Below are positions 30,131-40,748 of a DNA stretch of 64,000 nucleotides, piece after piece (within the stretch, counting starts at the first letter, position 1; the number at the start of each line of letters is the position of its first letter). The notes under the pieces are model-generated. The model was not told the origin of the DNA and did not search any database. It was given only the letters and a program-made list of their open reading frames with translations. The DNA lies in NCBI GenBank assembly GCA_019057815.1, contig JAHLWR010000003.1, positions 32,001 to 96,000 on the forward strand, in the 5' to 3' direction. The translations under genes were made by a program, and so were the position numbers. The stretch comes from Candidatus Heimdallarchaeota archaeon. GTDB taxonomy: Archaea; Asgardarchaeota; Heimdallarchaeia; Heimdallarchaeales; Heimdallarchaeaceae.

Positions 30131-31922
30131 TTAAGCTTTCTTTCTTTTTCTGAAAATCATAGCGCTAGATACTCCAATAAATGAAAAAATGAAGATTGCT
30201 ATGTTCAACGTTCCAAATTCTGCAACAACTGGTTCTTCACCAACTGTGAAGTTAAATACATCTGAAAATCTTCCTAATGTTGAATGGCCGATGTAAAAAG
30301 CTACTCTCCAATAATATGTAATATCTTCATCCAAAGGAGTGCTTATAGTGTAATTAGTTTCGTGGAAGAAAAGAGATTCATTAAGAATTAGGGTAGTAAA
30401 CGAGGGGGATATGTCCAATTGTAGCAAATATCCATATACCCCAGGCATGTCTTCCCAATCAAAATTAGGTGTATTTTCTTCAATATATGAGTCATGTGTT
30501 GGATATAGAAGTTCCATCTCAACATCGATTGTTACATAATCAAAAGCTAAATTGTATACAACTGGTGTAGTTCCTTCGTCTATTGTGCTTAATTCTGCTC
30601 GCCATCTAAGATACATTCCACTATTTGTAAAAATATGTTCAACTCCAGGTATTATGGATTCCCAGCTATTCCCACCATCAGCGGAAACAAAATAGTTTAT
30701 TGATGTGTCTAGTTCATAATAATCTGAAACAGATAGTGTGACTTTTTCAATTATTTCCCCAGTAGTGGCATAATATATGGTTGAAGATTGTGCGACAGCG
30801 TAGAAATCATATAATTCTCCATAATGAAGACCTGAATCAGCAATTTTCAAGGAATAAAGACCGACTGTTGTTGCAGCAACAAAGGCATAATCGCCTGAAA
30901 CAAAAACATCGTATCCAGAATTTGCCAGATTATAGAAACCTGAGGCTATTGGATTTTCTGGATCGCTTATATCATAAATTCTCATAATTTTAGTGTCAAA
31001 ACTATAACCTGTAACATAAACATAACTTCCCTCTACGTCAACACCACGATATCTTATATTACCATCAAGATGTGCTACTCTTGTCATGTTAGTCGGATCG
31101 GAGACATCTACAATTTGTAAACCACCTAAATCGCATACTACATAAGCATAGTTTCCAGAAACTTCAACTTTGTTAGCATATCCATCTAAATCTACATTAC
31201 TAATGAATTCGGGACTAGCTGGAGTACTAATATCATAAACATCCAAACCAGCATGAGAAACAGCAATATACAGATAATTTCCAGAGATAGCAACACCATA
31301 AGCATCACTTGTAGTTGGGATATATCCACCCTCATCATAGGGGTTAGAAGCATCAGAGACATTTATTACTCTTAATCCTCCCGAATAAACAGGAATGAAT
31401 GCGTGATTATTATGTACTTTTATGTCGCTTGAAACACTGGGAAGATCGTATTCTGAATGTTTAATTGGATTAGCTTTGTCTGTTATATCCAACACTAAGA
31501 GCCCATAATTACCATTTGCTATATAAGCAAGATTTCCCTCTATATAACTTCCATAAATCCAATCTACTTCGACAGCATCCGTATAATTTCCTGTTTGACT
31601 CAAAGAATCAGGTACAGATATATCGATAATAAAGTATCCATTTGAAGAACCAACGTAAGCGTAAGAACCATCAACAAAGACATTATTTGCAATCCCAGTA
31701 GCAATAATATCTTGATAGATAGGATTTTGTCTAGGTAATTCAATTTGACCTTCACCCCAACCAGTAACATTAGTGTTAGAGGTGTCCCTGTAAGTTGTTG
31801 TTGAAAAAATCTTCAAGAACATCACCTGAAGTAGCAGATTGTACATCAGTTGAGGAAATATTTGTCACTAAAAATGACAAAAGCAAAAATATAGTTAAAT
31901 AATGAATATTTTTTCTTTTCAT
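30131..31922 (-). pseudogene. LVIVD-repeat beta-propeller surface protein split by a +1 frameshift (or sequencing error)
   Basis: signal peptide MKRKNIHYL... in one frame, mature protein in another; deleting one base of the A6 run at 31804-31809 gives EDF-STTTYRD; many (SG)NYAYV...GL.IVDVSDP repeats; C-terminal TM plus RKRKK. Confidence 0.85.
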
Positions 31923-32003
31923 AAGTAATCCTCTCATTTCTAACAAAAATACTTCAATATCTATTAAAAATATTCCTAGCAATACATATGAGAGCTTAAA
32001 ATC

Positions 32004-32054
32004 GCTCAATTGACACACTCTTGTAGTTCTAAGATTCTATTAAACAAAGCAAAA
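32004..32054. repeat. degenerate direct repeat, copy 2
   Basis: gctcaattgacacact...ttctaagattctat.taaac...gcaaaa; minus strand reads GTG TCA ATT GAG like the ABC ATPase start, then stops. Confidence 0.8.
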
Positions 32055-32168
32055 ACATTTGTAGCAATGAAAAATGTAAATAAAAATATCTACATTAACA
32101 ATTCCTATTTCTTTAGGTAAAGCCTTAGATTTTTCTTGTTTTACCCCTTCCAAAAAAAAATGATTTTT

Positions 32169-33248
32169 CTACCACAATAAGAATGTAGTAGAACTATCTC
32201 CATCATATTCTTCAGGAGCGTCATTTCCTCTGTTGCGAGGATAAGCCGCGAAAGCATAATCAAAGGCTTCTTCCATGATAGTGTAGGGATCAGAGTCGAA
32301 ATGTTGAATTAGCGTATAATCTTCAAAATACCAAGTCCACATACCGTTGTTATGAGTAGGATCATCGTAACCATATCCTTTGAGTCCACATGTTGTAGTT
32401 AAATAAACATGAACTTTGTTTGGCATGCCCATCAAGTCATTACCAAAACCACCTGCTGAACAATGGTCTAAAAAGACAAAAATCCTATCAGCAACAGCAT
32501 CGTCAAGTATATCTGCAAGTTCTGTATCTTTAAGGTCATTATCCCAAACATACAGGTCGCTATCCCACATACAAAGATAAGCATTATTACTTCTGTCTTT
32601 TCCACCGTGTCCAGATGAAACAAAAGCTATAACATCGTTAGAATCTGCCGAATTGACCATATTAGTTAGAGAGTTAATGACACTCGCTTTACTTGCTTGG
32701 TTATCAATTAGAGTAGTTATGTGTTCGTAACCTAATCCTTGGAAATAATCTCTCCAATCTCTTGCATCGTCATCACAATATTGAAGGTCGCTAATATCTT
32801 TATAGTCGCTAATTCCAACTATGACAACATAGTGGTCAACATCAGGGGGTGGAGGAGGAGGACTACCGTTATCTATCGTTACGATATTATTGTCTGAATC
32901 TGTTTTGCCACCACTATCGGTGACTTCTGCGTAAATTATGTGACTACCATCTGTGTATTCTGTTGTATCCCAATCATAACTATTAGAATGTACAATGAAA
33001 ACACTATCTATGTAAATATCAACGATTAATGGGCCATCTTCTTTATCTGTAGCTTCTACTGTAATAGTGATTATTCCTGAAACAGTTGCACCATTGGCTG
33101 GGTTTGTAATTGTAACCCTAGGTGCTTTGTTTTTTCCTGGGGGAGCTGGGGGTTTTACTTTTATACTTGCTGTAGTTAAGGGTGTAATAGTTATACAAAA
33201 TGACGAGATAAGTATTATCACAATAAGAGTTGCTCTTAATTTCTTCAT
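32169..33248 (-). CDS. secreted caspase-family (clan CD, C14-like) peptidase with Ig-like domain
   Basis: signal peptide; P.VTITNP.NGATVSG Ig-like domain; poly-Pro linker; VGISDY, L.YCDDDA, SGHG and LDHC His/Cys dyad. Confidence 0.88.
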   Translation of the reverse strand: MKKLRATLIVIILISSFCITITPLTTASIKVKPPAPPGKNKAPRVTITNPANGATVSGIITITVEATDKEDGPLIVDIYIDSVFIVHSNSYDWDTTEYTDGSHIIYAEVTDSGGKTDSDNNIVTIDNGSPPPPPPDVDHYVVIVGISDYKDISDLQYCDDDARDWRDYFQGLGYEHITTLIDNQASKASVINSLTNMVNSADSNDVIAFVSSGHGGKDRSNNAYLCMWDSDLYVWDNDLKDTELADILDDAVADRIFVFLDHCSAGGFGNDLMGMPNKVHVYLTTTCGLKGYGYDDPTHNNGMWTWYFEDYTLIQHFDSDPYTIMEEAFDYAFAAYPRNRGNDAPEEYDGDSSTTFLLW

Positions 33249-33402
33249 TTTTCATCACTTGTGTAGTAATATTTTACCACAAATGAAAGAGTAGAGAAAT
33301 TCTCTAATAAATTTTGCCTAGCAATTGAGAACATTAAGTAGTAAATTCTTCTATTTTATTTTTAGAGTAAGACCAAATGAAATAAAAGAAATGAGGAAAA
33401 TC

Positions 33403-34695
33403 TCATTGTTCTGTCGATTTTCTTCTGCCGATTATTTTGTAAATAACAAAAACCAATATCGTTGAGCATAAAACAACTGATGCAATAACTGCTGCTAGCC
33501 ATGGTAACTTGTAAGATATATTATATAGATATCCTGAAAGATATGAAGTTGCTGAAATTCCTAGAAAGAATCCAGTTGTTATGATGGAGTATAATATAGA
33601 AAAGTGTGCTTTTGGTAATTCATAAGTAAGGATTGTGAATACTACAGGGAAAAATAGCGCATGACCTATGTTCTTAATGAAAAGCATCATTCCATAAACA
33701 AGGACGCTGTCTGGAAATAAGTAGAGTGTAAGGTAATTTCCAACCATTATTAAAGAAGAAGTCAACAATAAATAGTTGATTATATTGGGTTTCTTGGAGA
33801 TTAACCATCCAATTATTGGTGATACTACTATAAAGCTAAGTTGAGAAAGACCAAGTAATGTTCCAATAAAACTATCTGATTGGTTTAAAACATTTTTACC
33901 ATAAAGTGCAATAATAGGGTCTGTTACACCTGAAATGATTCCAAAGATAATGAAAGCTATAATAAAAAAGGTTACACTTCCTGATTTGAAAATTTGAAAA
34001 TCAAATTTTGTTTTTCTCCCTTCCTTTACATCGATTCGTCTGAGAAAATGAATTGTTTCAGCTTTACCTTTGACAAATAAGAGTCTGAAACTTATAAGAC
34101 CTAAAATTGACAGAGCAAACACACAAATTATCATTGCATAAGCAGGTAGAAAGTCTAGAACATATCCTAACCCTACTGTACCTATGAGTACTCCTAATCT
34201 CCCTGAACTTGAAATCACTGAATTAAACACGCCTTTATATCTAGTTTTCAAATCAGAAAGTAAGGATCGACTGGCTAAACCAAAAACATTATTCGTTAAT
34301 CTTAGTAGAGAGAATAGAACAGCTAGAAGTGCAGTATTGTTTGTAAATGCGAGACCACCAACAGAAAGTGTCATTATAACAAATGCAACAAAAAGGATTA
34401 TTTTTCTACCATATTTTTCAATTATCCACCCACTTGGTACTCTAGCAAATAACCCCGTAAAAGTATAAACTGTTGTTATTATGGCCCATTTAATAACTAC
34501 TTGTTCTTCGGATAATCCAAATCTTTCTTGAAGATAAAGTGGGAAAAGTTGTCGGATACTCATGTAGACTAAAAAACTAAGAAATTGCGCTGTTAAGAAA
34601 GCAAGAACTTCCCTTGTTTCCTGAGCCTTAAAGATATCAGAAAATTTTTCTTTTTTATCTTGTAATGAAGGTGAAATAGTTTCAAGCTCAGGCAT
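33403..34695 (-). CDS. MFS transporter
   Basis: about 12 TM; motif A variant GWIIEKYGRK. Confidence 0.88.
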   Translation of the reverse strand: MPELETISPSLQDKKEKFSDIFKAQETREVLAFLTAQFLSFLVYMSIRQLFPLYLQERFGLSEEQVVIKWAIITTVYTFTGLFARVPSGWIIEKYGRKIILFVAFVIMTLSVGGLAFTNNTALLAVLFSLLRLTNNVFGLASRSLLSDLKTRYKGVFNSVISSSGRLGVLIGTVGLGYVLDFLPAYAMIICVFALSILGLISFRLLFVKGKAETIHFLRRIDVKEGRKTKFDFQIFKSGSVTFFIIAFIIFGIISGVTDPIIALYGKNVLNQSDSFIGTLLGLSQLSFIVVSPIIGWLISKKPNIINYLLLTSSLIMVGNYLTLYLFPDSVLVYGMMLFIKNIGHALFFPVVFTILTYELPKAHFSILYSIITTGFFLGISATSYLSGYLYNISYKLPWLAAVIASVVLCSTILVFVIYKIIGRRKSTEQ

Positions 34696-34801
34696 GATTA
34701 ATTGGCAATTTATTGTTCATTTAAATAAATATTGAAACCACTGAACTCTCTATTTTGTTCTTTACAAAATCATTTAAAAGTATTATAAATTCTTGTTAGA
34801 T

Positions 34802-35836
34802 ATGGTCGTCGAGAAAGGGGAGGCGTTTAACCTAATAAAACGTAACACTCAAGAAATAGTTTCGGAAAAAGAGTTATTAGATCTTTTAGCAACTAAAGAG
34901 AATCCTGTTGCATATTGGGGAACAGCCACAACTGGTAGAGTACATATTGGTTATTTTATTCCTTTGACGAAAATAGCTGATTTTCTTAACGCTGGTGTAA
35001 CTTTCAAAATTCTTCTTGCTGATTTCCATGCACACTTAGATGATAGTAAAAGTCCTTGGGACTTGCTCGACGCTAGAACTGAATATTACAAACAAATTAT
35101 TATTGCAATGCTTGAAAGTATTGGGGCAGATATTAGTAAACTAATTTTCATTAGGGGAAGTGATATAGAACTTGAAAAACAATACTCCTCTGATCTCTTG
35201 AGACTCTCCACCATTGTAACAATAAAGAGAGCAGTAAGAGCAGGAGCAGAAGTTGTTCGTCAAGCTAGTGATCCAAAAATAGGTGGTTTGATATATCCTC
35301 TGATGCAAACAGTAGATGTTTCTGCATTGAAAGCTGACATAGCTTATTCAGGTATAGATCAAAGAGGAATCTACATGTTAAGCCGAGAAGTACTTCCTGA
35401 GTTAGGGTATAAGAAACCTATTTGCGTTTTCACGCCAATGTTACCTGGATTAAAAGGAGCAAAAATGAGTGCAAGTGATTCAGCATCTAAAATTGATTGC
35501 TTGGATGCAGAAGCTTCAATTACGAAAAAAGTCTTAAAATCCTTTTGCCCAGAAAAACAAATAGAAGAAAATGGTGTCATACTTTTTGTTAAGACAGTTC
35601 TCTTTCCTTTGTTAGAGAAAAGAAACGAGAAATATTGTGTCGAAAGAACGGAAAAATTTGGTGGAAACATTGAGTTTGCAACATATGAAGAAATTGAGAA
35701 AAACTTTGTTGAAGGTAGCTTACACCCTCAAGATTTTAAGAAATCTGTAGCTAAGTACATAAATATCTTGCTAGAACATGTTAGAGAAAAATTCAAGGAT
35801 AAACAAGATTTACTTAATTCTGCATATCCAGAATAA
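34802..35836 (+). CDS. tyrS: tyrosyl-tRNA synthetase
   Basis: YWGTATTG..HIGY, YPLMQ..D, GIDQR, KMSAS. Confidence 0.96.
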   Translation: MVVEKGEAFNLIKRNTQEIVSEKELLDLLATKENPVAYWGTATTGRVHIGYFIPLTKIADFLNAGVTFKILLADFHAHLDDSKSPWDLLDARTEYYKQIIIAMLESIGADISKLIFIRGSDIELEKQYSSDLLRLSTIVTIKRAVRAGAEVVRQASDPKIGGLIYPLMQTVDVSALKADIAYSGIDQRGIYMLSREVLPELGYKKPICVFTPMLPGLKGAKMSASDSASKIDCLDAEASITKKVLKSFCPEKQIEENGVILFVKTVLFPLLEKRNEKYCVERTEKFGGNIEFATYEEIEKNFVEGSLHPQDFKKSVAKYINILLEHVREKFKDKQDLLNSAYPE

Positions 35837-35854
35837 CTACTATATTCCTCTTAT

Positions 35855-36751
35855 TCATTTTTCGAGTTCTATTTTTACTTTTTCAGCTACTTCTTCTGAT
35901 TCTTCAGAATTATATAACAATTCAATTTCTGTAGGAGAACTGACCCCTAGTTCCAATTCTACTGCTCTCGCAATCTGTTCTTGATCGAAAATAGAACCTT
36001 CAGATACTTCAAGTGTTGTTCCAAACATCCTCAAGATTGCAACTGAAACAGCGTCAACTGCAATACGGTCTGTACCAGCGATTATTACATTAGCTTCTTT
36101 TCTAGTTCCTTTATCAGGCCCTCCGTCTACAAAAATAGACACACCATCCATGACTATTAAATCCGGAGAGAAAGCTGTATTAATTTCAGCTATCATTTTT
36201 CTCTGATTAGGAGAACCGTGGAGTTCACCCATGTATGATTTGCCATCGAGATTTCTTCGAGGAACTAAACCTGTAGCATTTTTTAAGGAAAGTGTAAAAT
36301 GCCCCCCATATTGATGCGTTTTAATACATCCTGTTTCAACGATACATTCAGCTTCATGATATATTTTCGCAAAAAGAAACCCCTCTTCCCAGTGACTATT
36401 TTCGAGTTTAAAATGGATATATTCTCCAACAGGGACTTTAGCAAGATTTACAATTTCAAATCCTAGTTCTTCTGAAAGTTTGTTAAGTCCTTTCTTCTCG
36501 AAAACTTCAGCGGTATCTGCGGGACCACTTCTCTCTGCTACTGTTATAGAATCTGCACCCATTTCTTTTAGTTTGACTATCAATGATTTTAAGAGGTTGA
36601 TATCTGTTGATGCAGGAGGTGGATCTGCTGTATTGAAGTTGGGTTTCAAAATTACATTTTTACCTTTTACTGGGTTTATACCTAATAGTTCGATTGCTTC
36701 AGTAACTCCCTTTTCTCTATTATTAGTAGATATTAAGGCTATTTTTGTCAT
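35855..36751 (-). CDS. DUF362 family protein
   Basis: LKPN, KTH...FTLSLKN..G, DLIVMDG..GP, D.IAVD. Confidence 0.85.
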   Translation of the reverse strand: MTKIALISTNNREKGVTEAIELLGINPVKGKNVILKPNFNTADPPPASTDINLLKSLIVKLKEMGADSITVAERSGPADTAEVFEKKGLNKLSEELGFEIVNLAKVPVGEYIHFKLENSHWEEGFLFAKIYHEAECIVETGCIKTHQYGGHFTLSLKNATGLVPRRNLDGKSYMGELHGSPNQRKMIAEINTAFSPDLIVMDGVSIFVDGGPDKGTRKEANVIIAGTDRIAVDAVSVAILRMFGTTLEVSEGSIFDQEQIARAVELELGVSSPTEIELLYNSEESEEVAEKVKIELEK

Positions 36752-36845
36752 ACATACACAGTTTATAGAAGACGAAGAAGCTATATATTTTTTTTGTAAA
36801 GTAAAATTCCCTCAAAATTATATATATGTAAATTTTCTTTCTTAT

Positions 36846-38408
36846 ATGGAACAGAGATTATATGCTGATTTAGTAATAATCAATGGAAATGTTTGGACAA
36901 TGGATGATGCGCAACCAAGAGTTGAGTGTTTAGCTATTTTTTCAGATACAATTCTCAAAATCGGGAATACAAAGGATATAGAACCTTTAATAGGATCCTC
37001 AACTGAAATAATCGATGTTAAGAATAATACTGTCATACCTGGTTTCATTGATTCTCATACTCATATTGCTTGGACAGGGTTGAATAAAATGCGTCTTGAT
37101 TTAGGCAATACTAAAAGCCTCAGTGAAGTTTTAGAATTAGTTGAAAAAGAAACAGCTAAGAAAAATGCAGGCGAATGGATAATAGGACGTAATTGGGATC
37201 AAAGTAAATGGAAGGAACAGAGATACATAACAGCAGCTGATTTAGACCCTATTAGCACACAGAATCCTGTTATTCTTAAGCATGTTTCAGGACATTTTGA
37301 CACTATTAATACCTATGGTTTCGAAAAACTAGGTTTATCTAAAGACTTGAAAGGTGTAGATCTAGATGAACACGGAGAGATAACAGGAACTTTGAGAGAT
37401 GTTGAATTATCAAAATACAAAGAGATTCAACCTAGTCCTGTAGAGTTTATTCAAGGAATTAAACTAGGAATGAAAGAAGCTGTTAGATTGGGTATAACTT
37501 CTGTTCATGATAATATTACTTTTGAGTTATTACCTGCTTATAAGGAATTGATAAAGAATAATGAACTGCTCATTAGAGTTTATGGGATCATCTACCAAGA
37601 TATGCTAGAAGAAGCTATTAAACTAGGTATTGATAGGAACTTTGGTGATAAATGGTTCAAAATAGGGGCTGTTAAGCTGATGACTGATGGTGCTTTATCA
37701 TCTCGAACAGCATTAATGTTTGAAGATTATGACGATAAACCGGGAGAAAAAGGATTTGCTCTATATGATGAAACCATGCTCAGCGAGATGGTTACTAAAG
37801 TCCATAAAGCGAATTTACAACTCGCTGTTCATGCAATAGGTGATAAAGCAATTGCTAATGTGGTTAAAGCTATAGAAGACAACCTTGATCCTGAAGAGTG
37901 TAAATTAATTATGCATCGTATAGAACATGCTGAGATTTTGAGGAAAGAGGAAGTAAAACGATCCAAACCTTATGGGATAGTCTTTTCAATGCAACCTAAC
38001 TTCGTTTACAGATGGGGATTAGTTGGAGTAAATGGAATGTATGAGAAGAGAATAGGACATGATAGAACTTTGCTTAATAACCCATTTAAATGGATTTTAG
38101 ATGAGAATCTTCTCGTAATATTCGGTAGTGATGGGATGCCATTAGGACCTCTTTACGGTATTAAAGGAGCTTTATTTCATTCAAATCCAGATTTGAGACT
38201 GTCTCTAGAAGAAGCAATTCGATGTTTTACTGTATATCCTGCCATAGTATCAAAAGATGAAAAAGATAAAGGTACGTTAGAAAAAGGAAAACTTGCGGAT
38301 ATAACTATTTTAGACAGCAATTTGGATGAAATTGAACTTGAAAAATTCTATGATGTCGATATAGCTTATACAATCATTGGAGGAAGAATTATCTACAAGA
38401 AAGAGTAA
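36846..38408 (+). CDS. amidohydrolase (YtcJ/Amidohydro_3-like)
   Basis: PGFIDSHTH, K..TDGALSSRTA, HAIGD, RIEH, GSD, GKLAD; real start at ATG 36846. Confidence 0.92.
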   Translation: MEQRLYADLVIINGNVWTMDDAQPRVECLAIFSDTILKIGNTKDIEPLIGSSTEIIDVKNNTVIPGFIDSHTHIAWTGLNKMRLDLGNTKSLSEVLELVEKETAKKNAGEWIIGRNWDQSKWKEQRYITAADLDPISTQNPVILKHVSGHFDTINTYGFEKLGLSKDLKGVDLDEHGEITGTLRDVELSKYKEIQPSPVEFIQGIKLGMKEAVRLGITSVHDNITFELLPAYKELIKNNELLIRVYGIIYQDMLEEAIKLGIDRNFGDKWFKIGAVKLMTDGALSSRTALMFEDYDDKPGEKGFALYDETMLSEMVTKVHKANLQLAVHAIGDKAIANVVKAIEDNLDPEECKLIMHRIEHAEILRKEEVKRSKPYGIVFSMQPNFVYRWGLVGVNGMYEKRIGHDRTLLNNPFKWILDENLLVIFGSDGMPLGPLYGIKGALFHSNPDLRLSLEEAIRCFTVYPAIVSKDEKDKGTLEKGKLADITILDSNLDEIELEKFYDVDIAYTIIGGRIIYKKE

Positions 38409-38418
38409 TTTCTTTTTC

Positions 38419-39543
38419 TTAGAATTTTTTAATAATTATAGTTATAACATCCCCTTCTCTAACTATATGATCTAATCCTACTCTTTGGTTGGGATGCTTT
38501 GCACTCCTACCGGATATAACTGCGTATCTAAACTCTTTTTCAAATTTCCGATGTATTTTACCACATACATCTTTTATAGTCGAATCTCTAGCTATTATAA
38601 GCGGTTCCTCATAATCAGTCTTTTCACCTTGTTTTTTAAGGTAGATTTGCATTAATTCTAGTTTATCAACAATAATATCCTTTAGGTTTGAAAGGTTTTT
38701 TCCGCTTAATGCACTAATAAAAACCGCATCTTGAAAGATTTTCTTTAAATTTTTCAATTCTTTTCTAGATAGTAAATCTGTTTTATTTATAACAACTAAT
38801 AGTTTAGGGTATGTTCGATTACCTTCCAAAATGTCAATTAATTCATCAATGGTCGGATCGCTTCTTACAGTAACTTGTGCATTACTAATCTTATATTCTC
38901 TCATAATGCTTGCAAAAGTTTTTTCACTCATATGAGAAAGAGATTTAAGGGTGGAAATTGATACACCACCACGTTCTGTCTTGGTTATTTTAATAAATGG
39001 TTTCTTTTTACCTGGTTTAATAGCAACTTTACCTAGTTCGTTAATTATGATGTTGTAGGTATCGATTATTTTGAGAACCAAAGGTTTAGATTCGAGAAGA
39101 ACTAGAATCATATCTGCCACTCTAGCAACAGCAAGAATCTCCTTTCCTCTTCCTTTACCAATATGGGCTCCTTCAATTATACCAGGTAGGTCAATAATCT
39201 GGATTTGCGTTCCTTTATGAGCTAAAATACCCGGAATAGCTGCAGTTGTAGTAAAGTAATAAGCTCCAACTTTAGATTCTTTGCTAGTAATTTTAGAAAT
39301 AAGTGTAGACTTCCCTGTTGATGGAAAACCTAGAAGAACAACAGTGCCATCGCCAGTTCGCTTTACGTCAAAACCATAACCTGTAGATCCTTTAGAAGAA
39401 AGCTGAAAATCTATCTGTTTTCTACGTAATTTAGCCATTTTAGCTTTAAGAAATCCTATATGCCGCTCTGTAGACTTGTTTTTCGGCGTTTCTCGGATTT
39501 CATCTTCTAAATCCCTGATCTTTTCCTCTATGGTAGTGCTCAT
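38419..39543 (-). CDS. DRG/Rbg1 family GTPase with TGS domain
   Basis: NKSTE.H...LKAK, GFPSTGKS, DLPGIIEGA, NKTD, C-terminal TGS. Confidence 0.95.
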   Translation of the reverse strand: MSTTIEEKIRDLEDEIRETPKNKSTERHIGFLKAKMAKLRRKQIDFQLSSKGSTGYGFDVKRTGDGTVVLLGFPSTGKSTLISKITSKESKVGAYYFTTTAAIPGILAHKGTQIQIIDLPGIIEGAHIGKGRGKEILAVARVADMILVLLESKPLVLKIIDTYNIIINELGKVAIKPGKKKPFIKITKTERGGVSISTLKSLSHMSEKTFASIMREYKISNAQVTVRSDPTIDELIDILEGNRTYPKLLVVINKTDLLSRKELKNLKKIFQDAVFISALSGKNLSNLKDIIVDKLELMQIYLKKQGEKTDYEEPLIIARDSTIKDVCGKIHRKFEKEFRYAVISGRSAKHPNQRVGLDHIVREGDVITIIIKKF

Positions 39544-39808
39544 ACTATTCCCTGAAGTATGTTATTTTATAGATTGAGTAACTTAATTTCGATAAATATT
39601 TAGATTTAACGATTGTAATGAAAAACCAAAAAAAACAGCATGTTAGTAAAACTGAAAGCACACGCACTAATATTGTACTTTCAATAAAAATCGATAATAT
39701 ATAGACTTTTTGTTAATATAACAACATAAGCGCTTTAAAATAAACAGAATATTTAAATATCTATATAAAAGGAAAATAGTAGTAAGTTATTGATTGGGTG
39801 TTTATTTA

Positions 39809-40087
39809 ATGACAGAAATATTAGAATTAAATGATGAACAAGGTATTATTAGCTTAGCAAAAGCTCTTTCATCCCCCACACGATATAAAATCGTGAAGCT
39901 GCTTGTTAACAAAGAAATGGATATTTCCAATATTGCTAAGAAGATGAATCAAACAGAAGCTAATACCTCAGCTCAGATTAAATTCCTTGAAAAAGCCGGT
40001 GTTCTTGAATCAAGATACGAACCTGGTGTTCATGGAGTTAGAAAGGTCTGTAAAACTAAAATAAGGAAAGTTATTATAAATATTTAA
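39809..40087 (+). CDS. ArsR-type HTH transcriptional regulator
   Basis: KALSSPTRYKIV.LL...ISNIA...LEKAG...G.RK.C. Confidence 0.88.
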   Translation: MTEILELNDEQGIISLAKALSSPTRYKIVKLLVNKEMDISNIAKKMNQTEANTSAQIKFLEKAGVLESRYEPGVHGVRKVCKTKIRKVIINI

Positions 40088-40638
40088 TATAATTTACTTC
40101 CCTTTTTTTTTCCTATTAAACAGTAGTCTTCAATTTTTAATTTCCATATTTTTTCTACTTCTATATCTACATCTTTAGCCAATTTAGAAAGATCATCCAA
40201 GTTGAATATATTTGTAAGAACTGATAATATAATTTTTCCGTTCTCTTTCAAAAAAAGAATTCCCTCATTTAGAGTTATAGCAGGTTTTGGGCTATTCTGT
40301 AGAATTGAAAAAAATGTTAAAATATCACAAGAGTTTTTTTTAAAGGGCAACAAATCTGCGTCAGCACATATAAAACAACTATTTGGATGCTTTTTTTTCC
40401 CTTCTAAAAGCATTTTGTAAGAAAAATCGCAACATATGATATTAATATCATACTGCTGAAGAAAATCTAGAAACAGGGCAGTCCCACATCCAATATCAAT
40501 TAAGATATCTTCTGATCTCAATTTTATAAATGATAAAATTTCTCTATATTTTGTGAACTGAATTTGTTTGTATCTACTGTCGTATTTATCAGCTGTTGCA
40601 TCATACTTTCTACGAACTTCTTGTTTCTTATTTTTCAT
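40084..40638 (-). CDS. class I SAM-dependent methyltransferase
   Basis: IDIGCGT, DFSYKML, ADA..LPF. Confidence 0.9.
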   Translation of the reverse strand: MKNKKQEVRRKYDATADKYDSRYKQIQFTKYREILSFIKLRSEDILIDIGCGTALFLDFLQQYDINIICCDFSYKMLLEGKKKHPNSCFICADADLLPFKKNSCDILTFFSILQNSPKPAITLNEGILFLKENGKIILSVLTNIFNLDDLSKLAKDVDIEVEKIWKLKIEDYCLIGKKKGSKLY

Positions 40639-40748
40639 TCTATTAGATTATAAATGGAAAACAATTTTAAGTTATTCTCCTATATACAATTAATGAAAAC
40701 AAACCAAATAAAGGACTAACAAGCGAAGGAGAATAAGGAGGTAAAGGT

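Noticed and set aside
36480-36845. N-terminal 122-aa extension of the amidohydrolase ORF
   Set aside because: It is mostly the antisense of the DUF362 gene; homology starts at MEQRLYADL (36846)
39749-39760. Palindrome ATATTTAAATAT upstream of the ArsR gene as an operator
   Set aside because: All-AT palindromes are expected by chance at this composition; it may simply be the TATA region
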